Assembly (NCBI GenBank): GCA_047495785.1
Contig: JBLDXI010000034.1
Location: 1-64,000 of the forward strand
From: Lepidodermella squamata
Taxonomy: Eukaryota; Animalia; Gastrotricha
Direction of reading: 5' to 3'
DNA: 64,000 nt
Positions 47,432 through 60,646 of the stretch are shown one piece after another. Under the pieces are notes generated by a model. The model searched no databases and was not told the DNA's origin. It was given only the letters and a program-made list of their open reading frames with translations. Within the stretch, counting starts at the first letter, position 1; every line of letters begins with the position of its first letter. Made by a program: the position numbers and the translations under genes.

Positions 47432-49340
47432 TGCGACTGGCAAAGCACGCTCTGCCAAAACAACGCAGCCATCGCCATCTTGTAGATTTGACCACTGATC
47501 AGCAATGTAAATGAAATCAGAGCCATAGTCCCATTTAAACACGTTGTTCTGTCGGGTGAGGCCGATCCACGCATTAGGAAGATCAAACTTAGCAGCCAGC
47601 GCTTCTTTGGTAGCAGCTTACTCAGCGCCCGATCTGATCGGTGCCAGCGTACCATTGACCTCGGCGCATTTCGAAGGGGCGAGGACAGGGTGCGAAGTAC
47701 AGGGGTGCTGGGGTGTCGCGACACCCCAGCTCGGTCTGGCGGGAGAAAATTTTAAAATTTAATTGGAAATTTAATGAAACCCATTGTGAGGACGATGGAT
47801 GCCGAGTTTTTAAGCATTTTCCGGCTATTCCTGGCACTAAAATCGCCAAAAATATCGTTAGCTAAAGCTCGCTGCGCTCGCGTTCGGGTTTAAGGTTGTA
47901 TAGGAGATTATGCAACGGTGGCTAATTCAAGGTTCGACTATCGACCCTACTAGTAGTTGCATAGAAACCATTTTTTTTTAAATGCTCCGCATTATCTCAT
48001 TTATATAATTGCCTTGCTATTTTTTTGAGATTTAAGATTTTCTGAGATGTTTTAAAAAAAAATATTTATAAAAAATCGTATGTGTGGCCTAAATTACTGG
48101 TTCAGATATGTAGCACTTTTTTCTCAATCCTGTCAGTTCCAGCATTGCTTATTAGCAATAATAATAAATTTCCAATAATTTGGCGGCATCGGTACCAACA
48201 TAAAATTCAGAAGATTCTATCGATTGAATAGGATTCTTTTACAAAAATTTCCCAAAATTTCAAAAATTCGCTAATTTTTCTGCGAACAAACAGAATTTAT
48301 TACGCCCTAATAAAATTCAAAATTTTGAATTCTATTGCGCACCTGTCAACCCTGTCTGGCGGCATCGGTGGTCTATATCAAATAACCCATGGTCCTCGGT
48401 CGGATTGCGCTGATGGATCTGGCGCAATCCATGACTAAGAACATTGCAGCGTCTAGCCAGCTTTTCAAATATGTTTCCAAAAACGGCGAATTTGACATTT
48501 TTCTTAGTTTCGATAATTTGAGTAAGTAAAGAGCCCTTATTTGCGCCAAATAACAATGTGACAATGGGAAGCAGTGTGCGACTTTCAGGGGGATGAGGGG
48601 GGATCATCAATCAATTGTAGGTGGGTTTGGAACCCTTTTTTACCGAAAAAATCGAAAAATTTCTCGCTTCGCTCGTATCATGGGTTAAAATCATAACTAA
48701 TTTTTCCACCATGTCGAGTAGACGTTACTGATTTCGCGAGCGAGCGTAGCGAGCGAGCGCAATTTTTGTGTTTCTCAATATTAGGAACACACCAGCTCGA
48801 AAATCCTACTTCGCACACTGGGCGAGGACGGTACGATCGAAAAAGTGCACTGGAAGGTACCTCTTGGTCGCGTTCTGACAGCTGATCTGGTCAGCATATT
48901 CGACATTACCTGAAATGCGAAGTGCAGCAGCCGTATTGCAACCAGTTGCTCTCGCTACGCAACAGACTAACGCGCCACTTTTGCCGACGCAACGAAAATA
49001 TGCAGGCTGCAAAATATACGGGGTGAATACCTATTAAGCTGGACTAGGTTTGCAGAGCCAGTTAACCTGGGGCGATATCGTGCTGATGCTGTCGTCGTGG
49101 TTCAGTTGGAATGACTGCAATCCCGAGAACAGCAAATGGCTGAAACTAATCATTGCACAACTTACTCCTAGTAGGCAAGTTGCGCGGTTAATGTAAACTT
49201 TGCTCGAATATTGCTGGGTTTCATTGCAAAACACCCGGAGCTTTGTGGCTGGCAGTAATTTCACTTGCCCGTTGTCGAATCAAAGCAGCGGATGTGTGGT
49301 TTTTCGCTGATCGGAACGGTGACTGGGAATTTCGCTCGCC
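47432..49340 (-). pseudogene. Decayed 3' half (modules 4-6 + C-type lectin domain) of a gene-C-like gene
   Basis: SEKPHIRCFDSTTGK*, QPAYFRCVGK..GCN..NVEYADQISC, KCAEVNGTLAPIRSGAE*..AWIGLTRQNNVFKWDYG..DGDGCVVL; premature stops and a hAT insertion. Confidence 0.8.
47686..48820. mobile_element. Non-autonomous hAT element
   Basis: CAGGGTGCGAAGTA...TACTTCGCACACTG; 8-bp TSD GGCGAGGA. Confidence 0.9.
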
Positions 49341-50948
49341 CTAGGTCATACAACGAGCTTGCATGGCAATTTAGGATGATACCTAGTTCACCCTGTCCTA
49401 ATTCTCTACGCAAATTCTCTATATTTTAAAATCCTAATTCCAAAGAGGAATTAGCAACGATAACCAACGATAACGATTGACCAATCAGCGTGCGCGCCAA
49501 GGTTCAACTTACCAGTGGTTCCACAATGAAGGGAGCGTTGGATAAACAATGCTGTTTTACCATTTTTCCTTGTAACGGGTTTCAGTACAATACTACGCGA
49601 CTCACAAGGTTACGTGACTTTCCGCTTTGCTCGTTGTAACTCGATGTTAATACGTTAAGCTATACAAAAATACCACTGATTTTAAATGTATAGGTTCATG
49701 TAAGGTTTTTTTTACGGTTTCGAGTGAGACTACGACAGTGAGCAAAGTAGCATCCTCGCGGCGGGGAAGGCTGGGAAGCTTGGGTAAAAGCCTGAATTCA
49801 TTTGACCGAAGGGTCTCCTCCTTTTTAGTTTCGTGTGGATTTTTGTGCCTGGATTTCTCTAGGTAATCCACCCTCCACCTCCTCACTCATCTTTACTTCG
49901 CACACTAGCTATATATAGCAAGACAGCGTTCATAGCTAAGACTGAAGCGATTCCCGGGTTCCTTACAGGCCCCCCTTAAGAGAGGCACGTGCAAAGATGA
50001 AACATTCTCAGATGGAATAATGATCGCGATAATTAGTTTTACAACATGACAACGATTCAAGACCACGATTCCCCCCATCAAAACTTCACCCGCCAAAAAA
50101 AGACTACGAGATCCGATATTTGGATCCAAATCCTGGGTCTGTCTAAATCTCTTTCATTTCGGGTCAACGATGCGTCGTAGGGCAAAATGCCTGACTGCAA
50201 AATGTGGGAACCCGCCGATTCTTTTGACACTGAGTTCGGGGCCAAGGATTCAAGAAACGCACAGAAAACAACTTGTAAAAGCAGTGAAATTTCGATTGTT
50301 GCGCCATAATCTGGGTCTAATTCTTAGACCCAATTCTTTTGGGTCCGATTTTTGCCTCTAACATAATATTTCGACGTTATTTCACAAGCATTTTAAAAGA
50401 CCTTGTGGCTCCAAATTCGGATCCAAATATCGGATCTCGCAGTCTGTTTTTGATAAGTGTTGAAGCAGCTTGAGGATGCTTTATTCAATAAATTTATTGC
50501 TCGAATTGAGGTTTCCACTAACTCTTTTAATCAAAGAGCGACATATTTAATATATTTAAGAAATATAATTTAACATTATATTCAATTGCATTAATTTATA
50601 TCACCCGACATCTTATTGCGATATTTGAGTATCTGAGAAGTGAAGACGTATGGCACTGATAAGTCCAAAATATGCAACATACTGAGCGAGTTTCCATCAA
50701 CGAAAAAATCCTTTCCTCAAAATGTTCGAAATTTTGCAAAACTATGATGTACATAATTGTTTTGCTTTTACATCAGAAATTTCCGAATCAGATCGTCTCA
50801 ATCAATTGGAAGCAAATCGCTTCAAAGTCAATAGAAGAAAAGTCCAATCAAACACTGTGTCAGAAGATATATCAAGTCTTGGAAATAAAGTCAAATTCAG
50901 TTGTTCTAGTTGAGTAGTTCTGGGTATTTGAATGATTTGAGACGGCGA

Positions 50949-53900
50949 CTACAGAGTAAAGCAAGCAAATGGATCGTTGAACGGGCCGCCAATCTGGTTC
51001 TAGAGCACATAGAAAACGAAATGTCGATATATTGATAGTCGATAGACCACGAGATGAAACTGACCTCGCCAGATCGGCACTTTCCGCGGCGACATTCATA
51101 CGAATTCGAGCCCGTAAAACAGCGATAGTAGTTCTGTTAGGATAATGATAAAATCCCATAATCTCAGATGTGAAGTTGCGTCTTTACCTTGTAGGAGCTC
51201 TTATGGTTGCAAACGAGCAGATTACGGCTGAAATATTGGTAGCCATTGAAGTTCGGACTCTGGATTTATAGACATTTCGAAAATTTACATTACAGAATTT
51301 ATCGCGGCCAAAGAAACTCACGACTGTTGTCTCGTTTGCCAAGCACTTCATGCTACCGGCTATGCATCGGAATCCTGTTTGACTCACGCATTTTCTAGCG
51401 GGCTGAAAGCAGTAAACAATTTAGTGGAGAATGCGAAGACAGCGAGAGAAACAACGGTCTTGAGAATTTAAATCTTACCCCTAGATTGCATCTGCTCAGC
51501 GGGAACGTCACGGTCAATCCGCCGAGTTGTTCCTCCCCAGGCTGGCACGATTTGCGACAGGCTTCAAATTCCTTTGTCACCGTGTTGATGCAACGTGCTC
51601 GAACTTCCTCCTTAGGCGGCTGATCCACTGTAACTGCAAAATAGGAATATTGCCTGAAAGAGCTCGAAGTAATAGTCCCCCTAAAAGCCTGGCTCTATGG
51701 AATAATTATTGAAGCAAGCCCTTCGAAACCTGAAATCTAAGAAATCAAAGTGAAACTTTGAAAGTAAGGTCAAAATGAAGCTCAGTCCTATGTTTAGGTG
51801 AGAATGGGCCCAAATGGCCAGCGGAGTGATCACTCTATTCTCTATGGATACAAGCTAGAATGCGAGAATGGGTTTTTACCTAACTTTGGCGGTGCGGTGC
51901 AAGGAGACAGTGCCGGCGGATTCCCAGCGAGGCAGACGAGCCCGTTACCCAAATTGCGACATGCCTTTCCGGAATCCACGCGGCTGCCACGAGGGAACAA
52001 CAGCTTCGAAAAGTTCTTGCCGACTGTGTCCCAGTCGAGGCAAGGTCCGTTCGAGATGCTGGTCGCGGTTTCCGAGCCTTCGTAGTCGTAGGCGCTCTGC
52101 GTGATGATCGACTCGCGGCTCAGATTTGAGGCGGCAACGCCGGGGCAAGTCGCGTAGACAATCAGTTTAAAGCCGTTTCGAGGGGTCGTGCCTTTGGATC
52201 GAAAATACACCATCGCTTGGCTCTTGTCCGTTACGAAAACCCGGCCGCTGTTAACCCCACAAGCGCAAAACCTGAGACACGGAGATATTGTTTCATCCAT
52301 GAGTAGAAAATACAAAAATTAGGTGCCATACTTGAAGCCAGGGTATCCTTCGGCGCCAAAATCGCGAATGATGACGTAGTCTTCACATGCATGGGTGACT
52401 GGTGAGAGGGGAAAATACGTACAAGGTAGAATAGTTTTTTCATCAGCACAAAGTAACTAACACTGTAAACAGGGCATCTTAGGAGGCTCTTCGAACGCAA
52501 AAATCAATCCACTGGTCGAGTTCTGTTAATTGAAATAATCGAAACCATAAATTATTGAAATTGGGAAGCAGCTCACAGTTGAGACAAGCCACGAACACGA
52601 ACTTCCAGCAGTGTATTGGCCTGGGTGATTGGGCGACACGATTGTAGCGGATTTGCATGGCGTCACGGGCAAGGAACCGCCACAGCTGTTAGGTGGAATA
52701 GCCGGGGCGAAGGTGTCACAGAAATCTCCTCCGAATCCGTAGGGACACCGGCATTTTTCGCACGATTGCGTTGAGTCGGGATAGCCGCCGTTTTGGCACG
52801 TCAGAGTTTGGCATTTCGGGAAATTATCTGAAACAGCATAGAATGATAAATGAGGGATGATTTCAACGCAAATAAAATCCAATTCTACATGCTACGGCTC
52901 CCACAAAATCCAAAATCCAAAATGGCTCACGAAACTCACCAAAACATTTGTATCGGCGGTTCAGCTGCAGAATGTCGTAATGCGACAATCGGTCCATGCT
53001 GCCGATGAACATAAGTTGGCGCAAATCGGGCGGCTCAATGGCGGCTACATCGCCTGTGTAGCTGTTTTGGTCTGAAAGTAGCGTATCGTAATCGAGAGGC
53101 GCATCCTGTCGTTGGAAGCTCCATTCGTAGCCAATTGCGTTCAGCATGCCTCGCACAATATCCTCGACCTGATTCATTAAAAGTTGAAATTCGTAAAATG
53201 TCGACAATTAATAACTTAAAATTTACTTAACAAAAAATGGCAACTCAATTTTTACAATTTGGCGAATTTTTTGGGATTTTTCGGGAGAAATTCGCCAAAT
53301 TCGCCGTTTGAAAGACACATAATGTATTACCTAATTGAGACTAATTGGTACTTAATCAATTAGTATTGATTATGGAATTCGTGGAAGATTTTTCTGTACA
53401 TGCGACTGACGTCCGGTCTTATTTCGGAGTTTCTCATCCTTCGTCATTTCCTTCGTTTTTAGATACTTATTATGGGACACGCTGTACGATAGAGTTAAAA
53501 GTTTCTTCCTCAATTTTTATTCACGCGCTGTATTAGCAACTATCATAAATATCTATCATAATGTTACATTTCCACCACTAAATTGTCCCGTCAGGGTGCG
53601 ATCTTCGATCCGCGAGCTCCCGGGGATGGAAAAATTTTTTTTGCAGTTTTTGCCAAAATGACGAGTCATTTCGGCTAATAACCGAGCGAAGCGAGAAAAT
53701 TTTGGAGATTTTCCACTCAAACACGCCCCAGAACCTTCCAAAGTTAACAAAACAGTGGGATAAATTCTCATTTTGTTGTCTTGCCCGGCCGAGCTGGGGG
53801 GGATGATCCCCCCCATCCCCCCCTGAAAGTCGCACACTGTGTCCCGTGGTTTATAAAGAGCTTAGGGTAAAGTGACCTAATTTTGCAAAAAACTGGTCGC

Positions 53901-55104
53901 AGATTTTTGAAGCCATCGATATCGAAGGCCCTCGGTCATAGAGAGCTCTTCTTTTGCCATTAGGTGCCTTGGGTATTGAACTAAATAGCCCCAGTAGGAA
54001 ATTTTCAATTTCAGCCAATTTTTCTGGAATCAAAAATTTTATGGTCAAACAAAGGCCGCAGAATACGTTGGCCACGTTTAAAATCATTGCTTGTTAGTAA
54101 AAAACTGGTTAGAAATTAATTTTCACTACTTCAGTCAAAATTCATTGCTAGCACTGTATCTTGAACCCTTGCCTAAGACTGGTGAAAGAAGAGCTCTCTA
54201 TGACCGAGGGCCTTCGATATCGATGGCTTCAAAAATATGCGACCAGTTTTTTGCAAAATTAGGTCACTTTACCCTACTAGACTTATCTGATTGTTCACTG
54301 AGTGCAGATTTTGAGCTGCGAAAGTGAATCACAAAATCAATAGGGCAATTCATCTATATATGTTGTAACTCGAAACTTGCAAAGTGTTGAGAACTTACGT
54401 AAACAGATAGCCCTTGCTGTTTGTAGGTGCTTTCGTCTAATTCAGGTAGGCACATTGTATTAGTATTTTGCAATCGGCGTGAATAAGGCGCAATATAAGC
54501 AACGCCAGAGTTGCTGAAAAGGCCATCCATTAGCATCTTATACAAGTGAAGGTTACTAATACTCACGTGAACTTCCCGGTTACTACAAAAACTTTCATGC
54601 CCATCCTGAAGGTGTCGTTTTTTATGAATTCGAACTGCATGCACGTTGAGCTCGTGAATCGCTGCAATGCTTGTTGAAGAAAGCTCAGCGCATCTGGGCC
54701 TGTTTGGAAAGAAAGACAGATTGTTTCAATCCCCGTCTAAACTAGGCAAAGTCAACGTGTTAAGGGCATTCGCCACGTCAAATTCGCCCCCTCCTCATTA
54801 TCCTCGACCCTCGAGGACCTACTTCATCCCCTGAAGAGAGTGTTCAATTTTTTCCCCAGAATCTTTTAAAAATGCGTAGCAGATGACCTTGATCTCGCCG
54901 CCCAGGCCTGGTCTCATTATTGCTATTGAACGGGTAATATTGCTTACCTGCGACGGGTACATTTAAACCCGCGAATATCCCTCCGTCCCATTGAAGATCT
55001 TCGGTAACGTAGATCTTAATTGGTGATGGATAAAAGGGTTCTGGGTATGTCGTTGGCGAAATTCCATGAACGAAACAGCTCACAGCTATGAAAATGAGTA
55101 GCAT
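50949..55104 (-). CDS. Secreted inactive astacin-like domain + EGF + CUB + kringle-like + three 4-Cys modules (multi-exon)
   Basis: Signal MLLIFIAVSCFVHG; QQALQRFTSSTCMQF; IVRGMLNAIGYEWSFQRQD; IGSMDRLSHYDILQLNRRYKC; CQNGGYPD..CRCPYGFGGDFC; CGG..SPNHPGQY..CSW..CEDYVIIRD..FC..MVYFRS..GFKL; YEGSETATSISNGPCLDW..CRN; exon joins checked in phase. Confidence 0.78.
53592..53839. mobile_element. hAT-type MITE (intronic)
   Basis: CAGGGTGCGA...TCGCACACTG; TSD TGTCCCGT. Confidence 0.88.
53864..54274. mobile_element. pogo/mariner-type MITE (intronic)
   Basis: ~90-bp TIRs GGGTAAAGTGACCTAATTTTGC..., TA flanks. Confidence 0.85.
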
Positions 55105-56068
55105 TTTTCCAAATGTCAAAAATCTACAAAGAATAAGAGAAATTTGATAGGCCAAGTAAGTGGAGGGGAGGCAAGTATAATTTGAAAAGCGAATTCACTT
55201 CTTCAATATTTGTACTTGTCACCTGTCACCTTTAGATTGCTCTAAAGAAGTGTTGATCCGAAATCAGAATCTTTAGTCGTGGCGATTAGCAACAGGTCGT
55301 AGTAATTAACGTGATCACATTAGTGATAAAGCCTCAAGATAGGGGAGAAGATGAAAGGCGGCATCCTCCGAGAAATCCGGATTGAGCCGAAATGATAACT
55401 CTTACCACACCAATTCGCGTTGGAGGGTTCGAAGTTAAAAGCGGAAAATATGATTGGAACCGTTTGGCAACGGTAGATTATTACACAGCCCAAATCACTT
55501 AAATAACCTTTGCAAGACAGAGAAAATCGTCAGTGCGAATTTCGGCGTAATTCAGAAAATATGAAAAAAAAAAGAAAATTCAATTTCCCCCGATCAAACT
55601 CACTCGTTGCTCCATAGATAATAATAAAGATCGGAAGCTTACGATCCTGCCATAGTGTCAAAATTTTAGAATTTTAGGGTGCAAAGGCCATATTTTCATT
55701 ACCAGGATGGGCTAAGCTATCGAAATATATAACTTGGCACCGTGCGATTATTTGGGAATTTTCTGGGTTTTGCGTTGTTTTGTCGAAAAGAATGATTTGA
55801 AACGATTTTTTCCTGTGCAACTTTAGATGGCTGAGACACCAAACAGGAGAGAATGAACCCATAAAAAGGAATTATATTCGAAGAATCGATTCCTAGGATA
55901 GTTCGTCGTTACTTTCCGGTTTTCCGCATTCCACATCCTTATAACTGTCGCTCTTTTTATTCGGGGTATTGAGCTAATGTAAGCTCAAAATTCCATGCTA
56001 TAATTCTTTCCGATTAAGAATGAACCCTAGATATCGAAGTTTCATGCCATAGAGAAATTATTGGTTAC

Positions 56069-57742
56069 CATAGACAACTCTATACAGATCGGAAACTAGC
56101 GAGATTCGCGAAATTAAAAAATTCTGATTCGCTCATTTTAAGCCGAAAAATTGATTGCGAAAAAGTACTATGATCTTATTTGATTTTTGCTCTATCCAAC
56201 GATATAAATTTGTTTGAAATTTTCGGGAAATGAAAGATTTTCTCTGGGAATTTTAGAAAATAATTAAAATTACTGTGAACGGATAGGGCGGTGAGTGAAA
56301 AAAATGAAGGTCGCGTGCCCACTTTTTCACGTTTTTGTGTGAATTTATTTACTATAGGAAGATTGCTAGTTTCAGATCTGTATAGAGTTGTCTATGGGTG
56401 CGTTTCTTTATTCTCAACAGATTTTGTTGAAAACAAGGCAAAAAACAGAGACCATTTCTTTATCCATTTATGTTAAAAACAATCAACAGTGCGTATTTCT
56501 TTATTCTGATTTTGTTAGTAGCAAAAACAATAATCAGAGGCATTTCTTTATTCGATTTTTTGCATTAACAAAATCTCGTTTATCAAATGAAACACTCTGA
56601 TTTTGTTATTAGATTAAATCGATAAAGAAATGGTTAGCTATGTAACTGCTATGGCGACCTGATAAGTCTATGGAATCGGTAATATTTTGACAGGTTGTAT
56701 AATTTGGCCTTTGACCAACTGAAATTTTAGTTGGTATTGAGGGTCGTAATGTTTCAATGGGTTACGTTTTCAATTGCTCAAATAGGAAATCAACAGGAAT
56801 AATTGCAAATCAGCGCGTTTAGGCTATGATATTAAGTGTCGACATTTCAGCCGCGTCAAATCAGCCCGATGTGAAGCGCTCGGCCAAATCAAGACAAAAA
56901 TGTCATTTTCCAGACTCGAAGGTGAAGCAAGCTTCCACGCAATACAAAAGATTCAATGTTTGGCGACATTTCAGCAGGTGACAAATAAGCAATGTAGCCT
57001 CACTTATTATAATGTGATCACTATGATCCGAATCGTTACTGACGGCCACGCTCGCATTACTCGCATTTTTGACGCTAAAATTAATTATTCTTTTGCAAAA
57101 ATTTTGGTTTATTTGACGACATTTCAGCTGGCGACAATGAAGCAATTTAGCCGAAATTTCATCAGAATTTGATAAATCTAATCCGAACTTGTATTTAAAC
57201 TGAGCTCGCATTTCGACTGTCAATTAAGGCTGATCTGTCCCTTGCTGGGCTGTCGCCAGCGCAAATGTCGCCGAATAACGATTGCGCACTATTTTGGAAT
57301 CGTAATGTTCTCAAATTGTCACATAATCGCATCATATCAAAAAATGCCTGCGGTTTTGTCTCCTGCTGAAATATCGCACGCCAATAAATTAATAGTACGT
57401 ATTTGTTGCTTGGCATAATGAATCATCAGGCATAACTTGGAAAAAATTGGCAGGAAAATGAGTTTTTTCTTCTTCTGCCTTCGTTGGGCGGGTCGTTGAT
57501 GCGTGCGACTTAGAAAAAATCGCTCCAAAAACGACTCGGCGAGTTGTTGGAAATTTCGAGCAAAAAACATGTTTAATGAATGAAACGCTAGCTGATTATT
57601 ATAGTAGCTCCAACAATAATCAGAATAAAGAAATAATTTCTGGTTGAACTAATAATTTCAACAGAAATAAAGAAATGGCCTGTTTATGGCTTGTTTTGTT
57701 AATAATTTCATCTCTGTTGGAGATAAAGAAACTCACCCTATG
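56069..57742. mobile_element. Composite P-element-like non-autonomous element
   Basis: CATAG...CTATG termini, 8-bp TSD TTGGTTAC (56061-56068, 57743-57750); internal MITE 56069-56396 plus inverted TTTCTTTATT arrays. Confidence 0.65.
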
Positions 57743-58736
57743 TTGGTTACCATAGAGAAAAAGAACGATAAAAACGAGAGATAACATTAAGATTGAGCAC
57801 GCGATTTCGCGTTCATTCATGATTTTTCTCTTAAAAAAACCCAAATCGCGACTCACCGTTTGAGAAGCGCTGGAAAAACAGAACAAAAGATTGAATAACT
57901 ATTTTTTGGTATATTCAATGTTGGTGAAAAATGGGGAAATCACAACATCAACGTAATGCATGCACGCAGGCACGGAGCATGGGTCTGAGGTTTGTTTGAG
58001 ACTGGCATGGGTTTGAAATTCCAGTAGAATTTGTTCCAAAATTACTATAGAATTCGAGAATAATGAAGAGAAAATTGCTACGTTTCGCACGCGCGATCGT
58101 TAGCCAATTCGCTACCGTTGTGGGATTATTTATAGTCGAATTCATCAGATAAAGAAATTTGAAATGTATGAACAATTTGTTCGTCTGGGAAATCGACTAA
58201 AGAGGGAAATTATAAAAAACATTGCATACTGCTTTTACACAATTCCTTTGATCAGAATTGCTAATTTTATTCTAAATTATCAAAGGAATGAAGAAGTCAA
58301 ATGGGTCGCCAACATTTCTGGATCAAACTTGGGATTCGCGAATTAGCTGACAACATGTCGGCTAATCGCGGCAAACTGTGATCATGGCATTGAATTGCGA
58401 GAAGCAGCGGACCCACTGGCCGCAAATCACACATTCGAATGCAGCCAATCAAAGCATCATATTTGCTCGACTTAATGTCAAATAAATGTTTTCTACTTAT
58501 TGTAGCGATTGAGAGTGAAGAATTAATGTGGATAAGTAAGGTGAAAAATCGTGTGAAAAATCTCAATCGCGTAGATGAATCGCTCGCGCGTAGAACTGAT
58601 TGCGTGGAACTAAAGGCTCGTGCCACGAACTTAAAAATGTTGTTGTTTTGCTGAAAACTGAAAAACAACTCCGTCTCGCTCGTGCTATTTTTGGTGTTTT
58701 TCATGCTTCAAATAACCAGAAGTGTGTTTCAGTATT

Positions 58737-59173
58737 CAGGGCTGGAAAAAGTGTCAAACTTCTGGTGTCAAAACACGCCCCAGAACCTTCCAAAATTAAC
58801 GAAACAGTGGGATGAATTATCATTTTGTTGTCTGGCCAGGCCGAGCTGGAGGGCGGGAAAGGGGGATGGGGGGGTAGGGGGTGGGGGGATTTCGTCCTAA
58901 TTTTGCCGAAATTTTCGCTCATAGCGCAGCCACTTTTTACCGTAGCCGAGAAAATCGCACAATAGAGCAAACGAATTAACCGCCTAATGAGACACAGTTT
59001 TTAGGCCGATATTTTTTACTTGCAAAATGAAAAATATTGGCCAAAAAATCCGTTCGCGTTCAATTATTCAAATTACGGGTTCTATTGTGAGATTTTCTCG
59101 GCCTCGGTAAAAAGTGGCTGCGCTATGCTACCATTGATACCGTGGTACGACACTTTTTCATTTTTCAGCCCTG
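58737..59173. mobile_element. hAT-type MITE containing a nested CATAG...CTATG MITE (58920-59127)
   Basis: CAGGGCTGGAAAAA / TTTTTCAGCCCTG ends; inner ~47-bp TIRs CATAGCGCAGCCACTTTTTACCG. Confidence 0.7.
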
Positions 59174-59849
59174 AATCTATTTTTGATTCATTACTTCCAA
59201 GACCGGTTCGAGTACATTCACACTTCTCAGAATTAGAAATTGCCACGGCACCAAATTATTTTGCCAGCCTGGTAATAAAATTCGACAAAAAAGCAATTAA
59301 CGGTGTTCCACGTGGAATCAAATAACAAAATCAGTGCATATCAATATAACGTTCAATGTAGGTTTAGCAGTGCTTCATAGCCGCAGACATGCCTTTTATC
59401 CCGAATATTGAGAATATTGATCGGCAGAGAATTTGACGTTTTAAAAGCGTGATGTTTGGAACGATGTGGGGATATATCAGCTGATAACGCTGAAAAAGGT
59501 GAGTGTTGAAAATATAACTGATCTTGAACGTAATTATTTGTGTTTTTTAATCCTAAGGTAATCCTTGTCACGGCGGACAAAAATTCGCCGCAAATACAAT
59601 GATCTTAAAAAATCATTTACCCATGCGTACCCATGCTAACACTCTCGAAGCCATCTCAAACCGGTCTGAGACGGATAGTACCGTGGTTGAAATAAACTGG
59701 AGCAATGTGCGAGGGAAGTGCGGCTAAACTTTGAGATGACTGTGTTGTTGTTGACTTCTGGCTTAAAATCGTGGAAAATAGTGTTTTAGACCCTCGCAAC
59801 TAGAGAAGGATGTACCTCATTGTATGTGTCCGTGCGGCGGACACATACA

Positions 59850-60370
59850 AAGACCAAAGGGGGAGGGGCTTTAGGGTGATTTTCCTTTTCTTTACCAGTT
59901 GGGCTGCCCTACTCTGATCCCTGCTCGCGACCGTGCGACCTCAGAAACCTTTATTGAAGTCATTATGACCAAACTTTCAATTAGAATCACTGTACTGGAC
60001 GCTTCTCCCAGAAGTAAATCAATTTTTCCGACACTGAGCTTTTTCTGGCCATAGAACGAGGAACGAGGCATTGCCTCTTGAGATGGTCGCAAGTTGACAG
60101 TAGACAGTAGAGTAAGATCGACCCGTAGCGTGGAAAGTAGAAGTGGATGGTGTGGATCATCCTGGTCTCGGCGAGACCCCATCCATAGCTTCGCGAGGTT
60201 CGAATTGCCGTCCCGGAGGGCGGGGTAATACATTCTGGCAGAGATGGAAATAAGTTGAGTTGGATTGGGTTAGGTCGATAAGGCATGCTTTGGTGCATGC
60301 CTTATCGACTTGTTCCCGATAGTTGAAATGGACATCCATGTAAAATTTCAAGGTCCTATCACTTTTCGTT
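59850..60370 (-). mobile_element. Decayed LINE 3' end
   Basis: FYMDVHFNYREQVDKACTKA resembles a post-RT segment; terminal motif shared with 14769-14820 and 15755-15826. Confidence 0.45.
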
Positions 60371-60571
60371 TCCATAGAAAAAGGAAAATTCAAAATGGCT
60401 TGCAAACACGTCGGTCGTCGGTTGGTTGGACGCGTGGGTTGGTCGCGGGTGGGTTAAAATTGGTGCTTTATTTCTTCATTCGCGCAGAAACGAATGGTTG
60501 TAGGATCTTGACATTTTAATTATTGATCCGTCATTATCTTAGCTATCGATTCCGCTAATAACCAAACTTCT

Positions 60572-60646
60572 AGGTCACAGTGACTACTCGCCCGATAGCA
60601 GGAGGTCACAGTGACTACTCGCCCGATAGCAGGAGGTCACAGTGAC
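60572..60646. repeat. 31-bp tandem repeat (~2.4 copies)
   Basis: Unit AGGTCACAGTGACTACTCGCCCGATAGCAGG. Confidence 0.85.

Noticed and set aside
54760-54922. Extra astacin prodomain exons
   Set aside because: Candidate joins need an implausibly short intron or hit stop codons; exon 1 joins cleanly in phase to the exon at ~54700.
60572-60646. CRISPR-like array
   Set aside because: Units are identical with no unique spacers; eukaryotic context with no cas genes.
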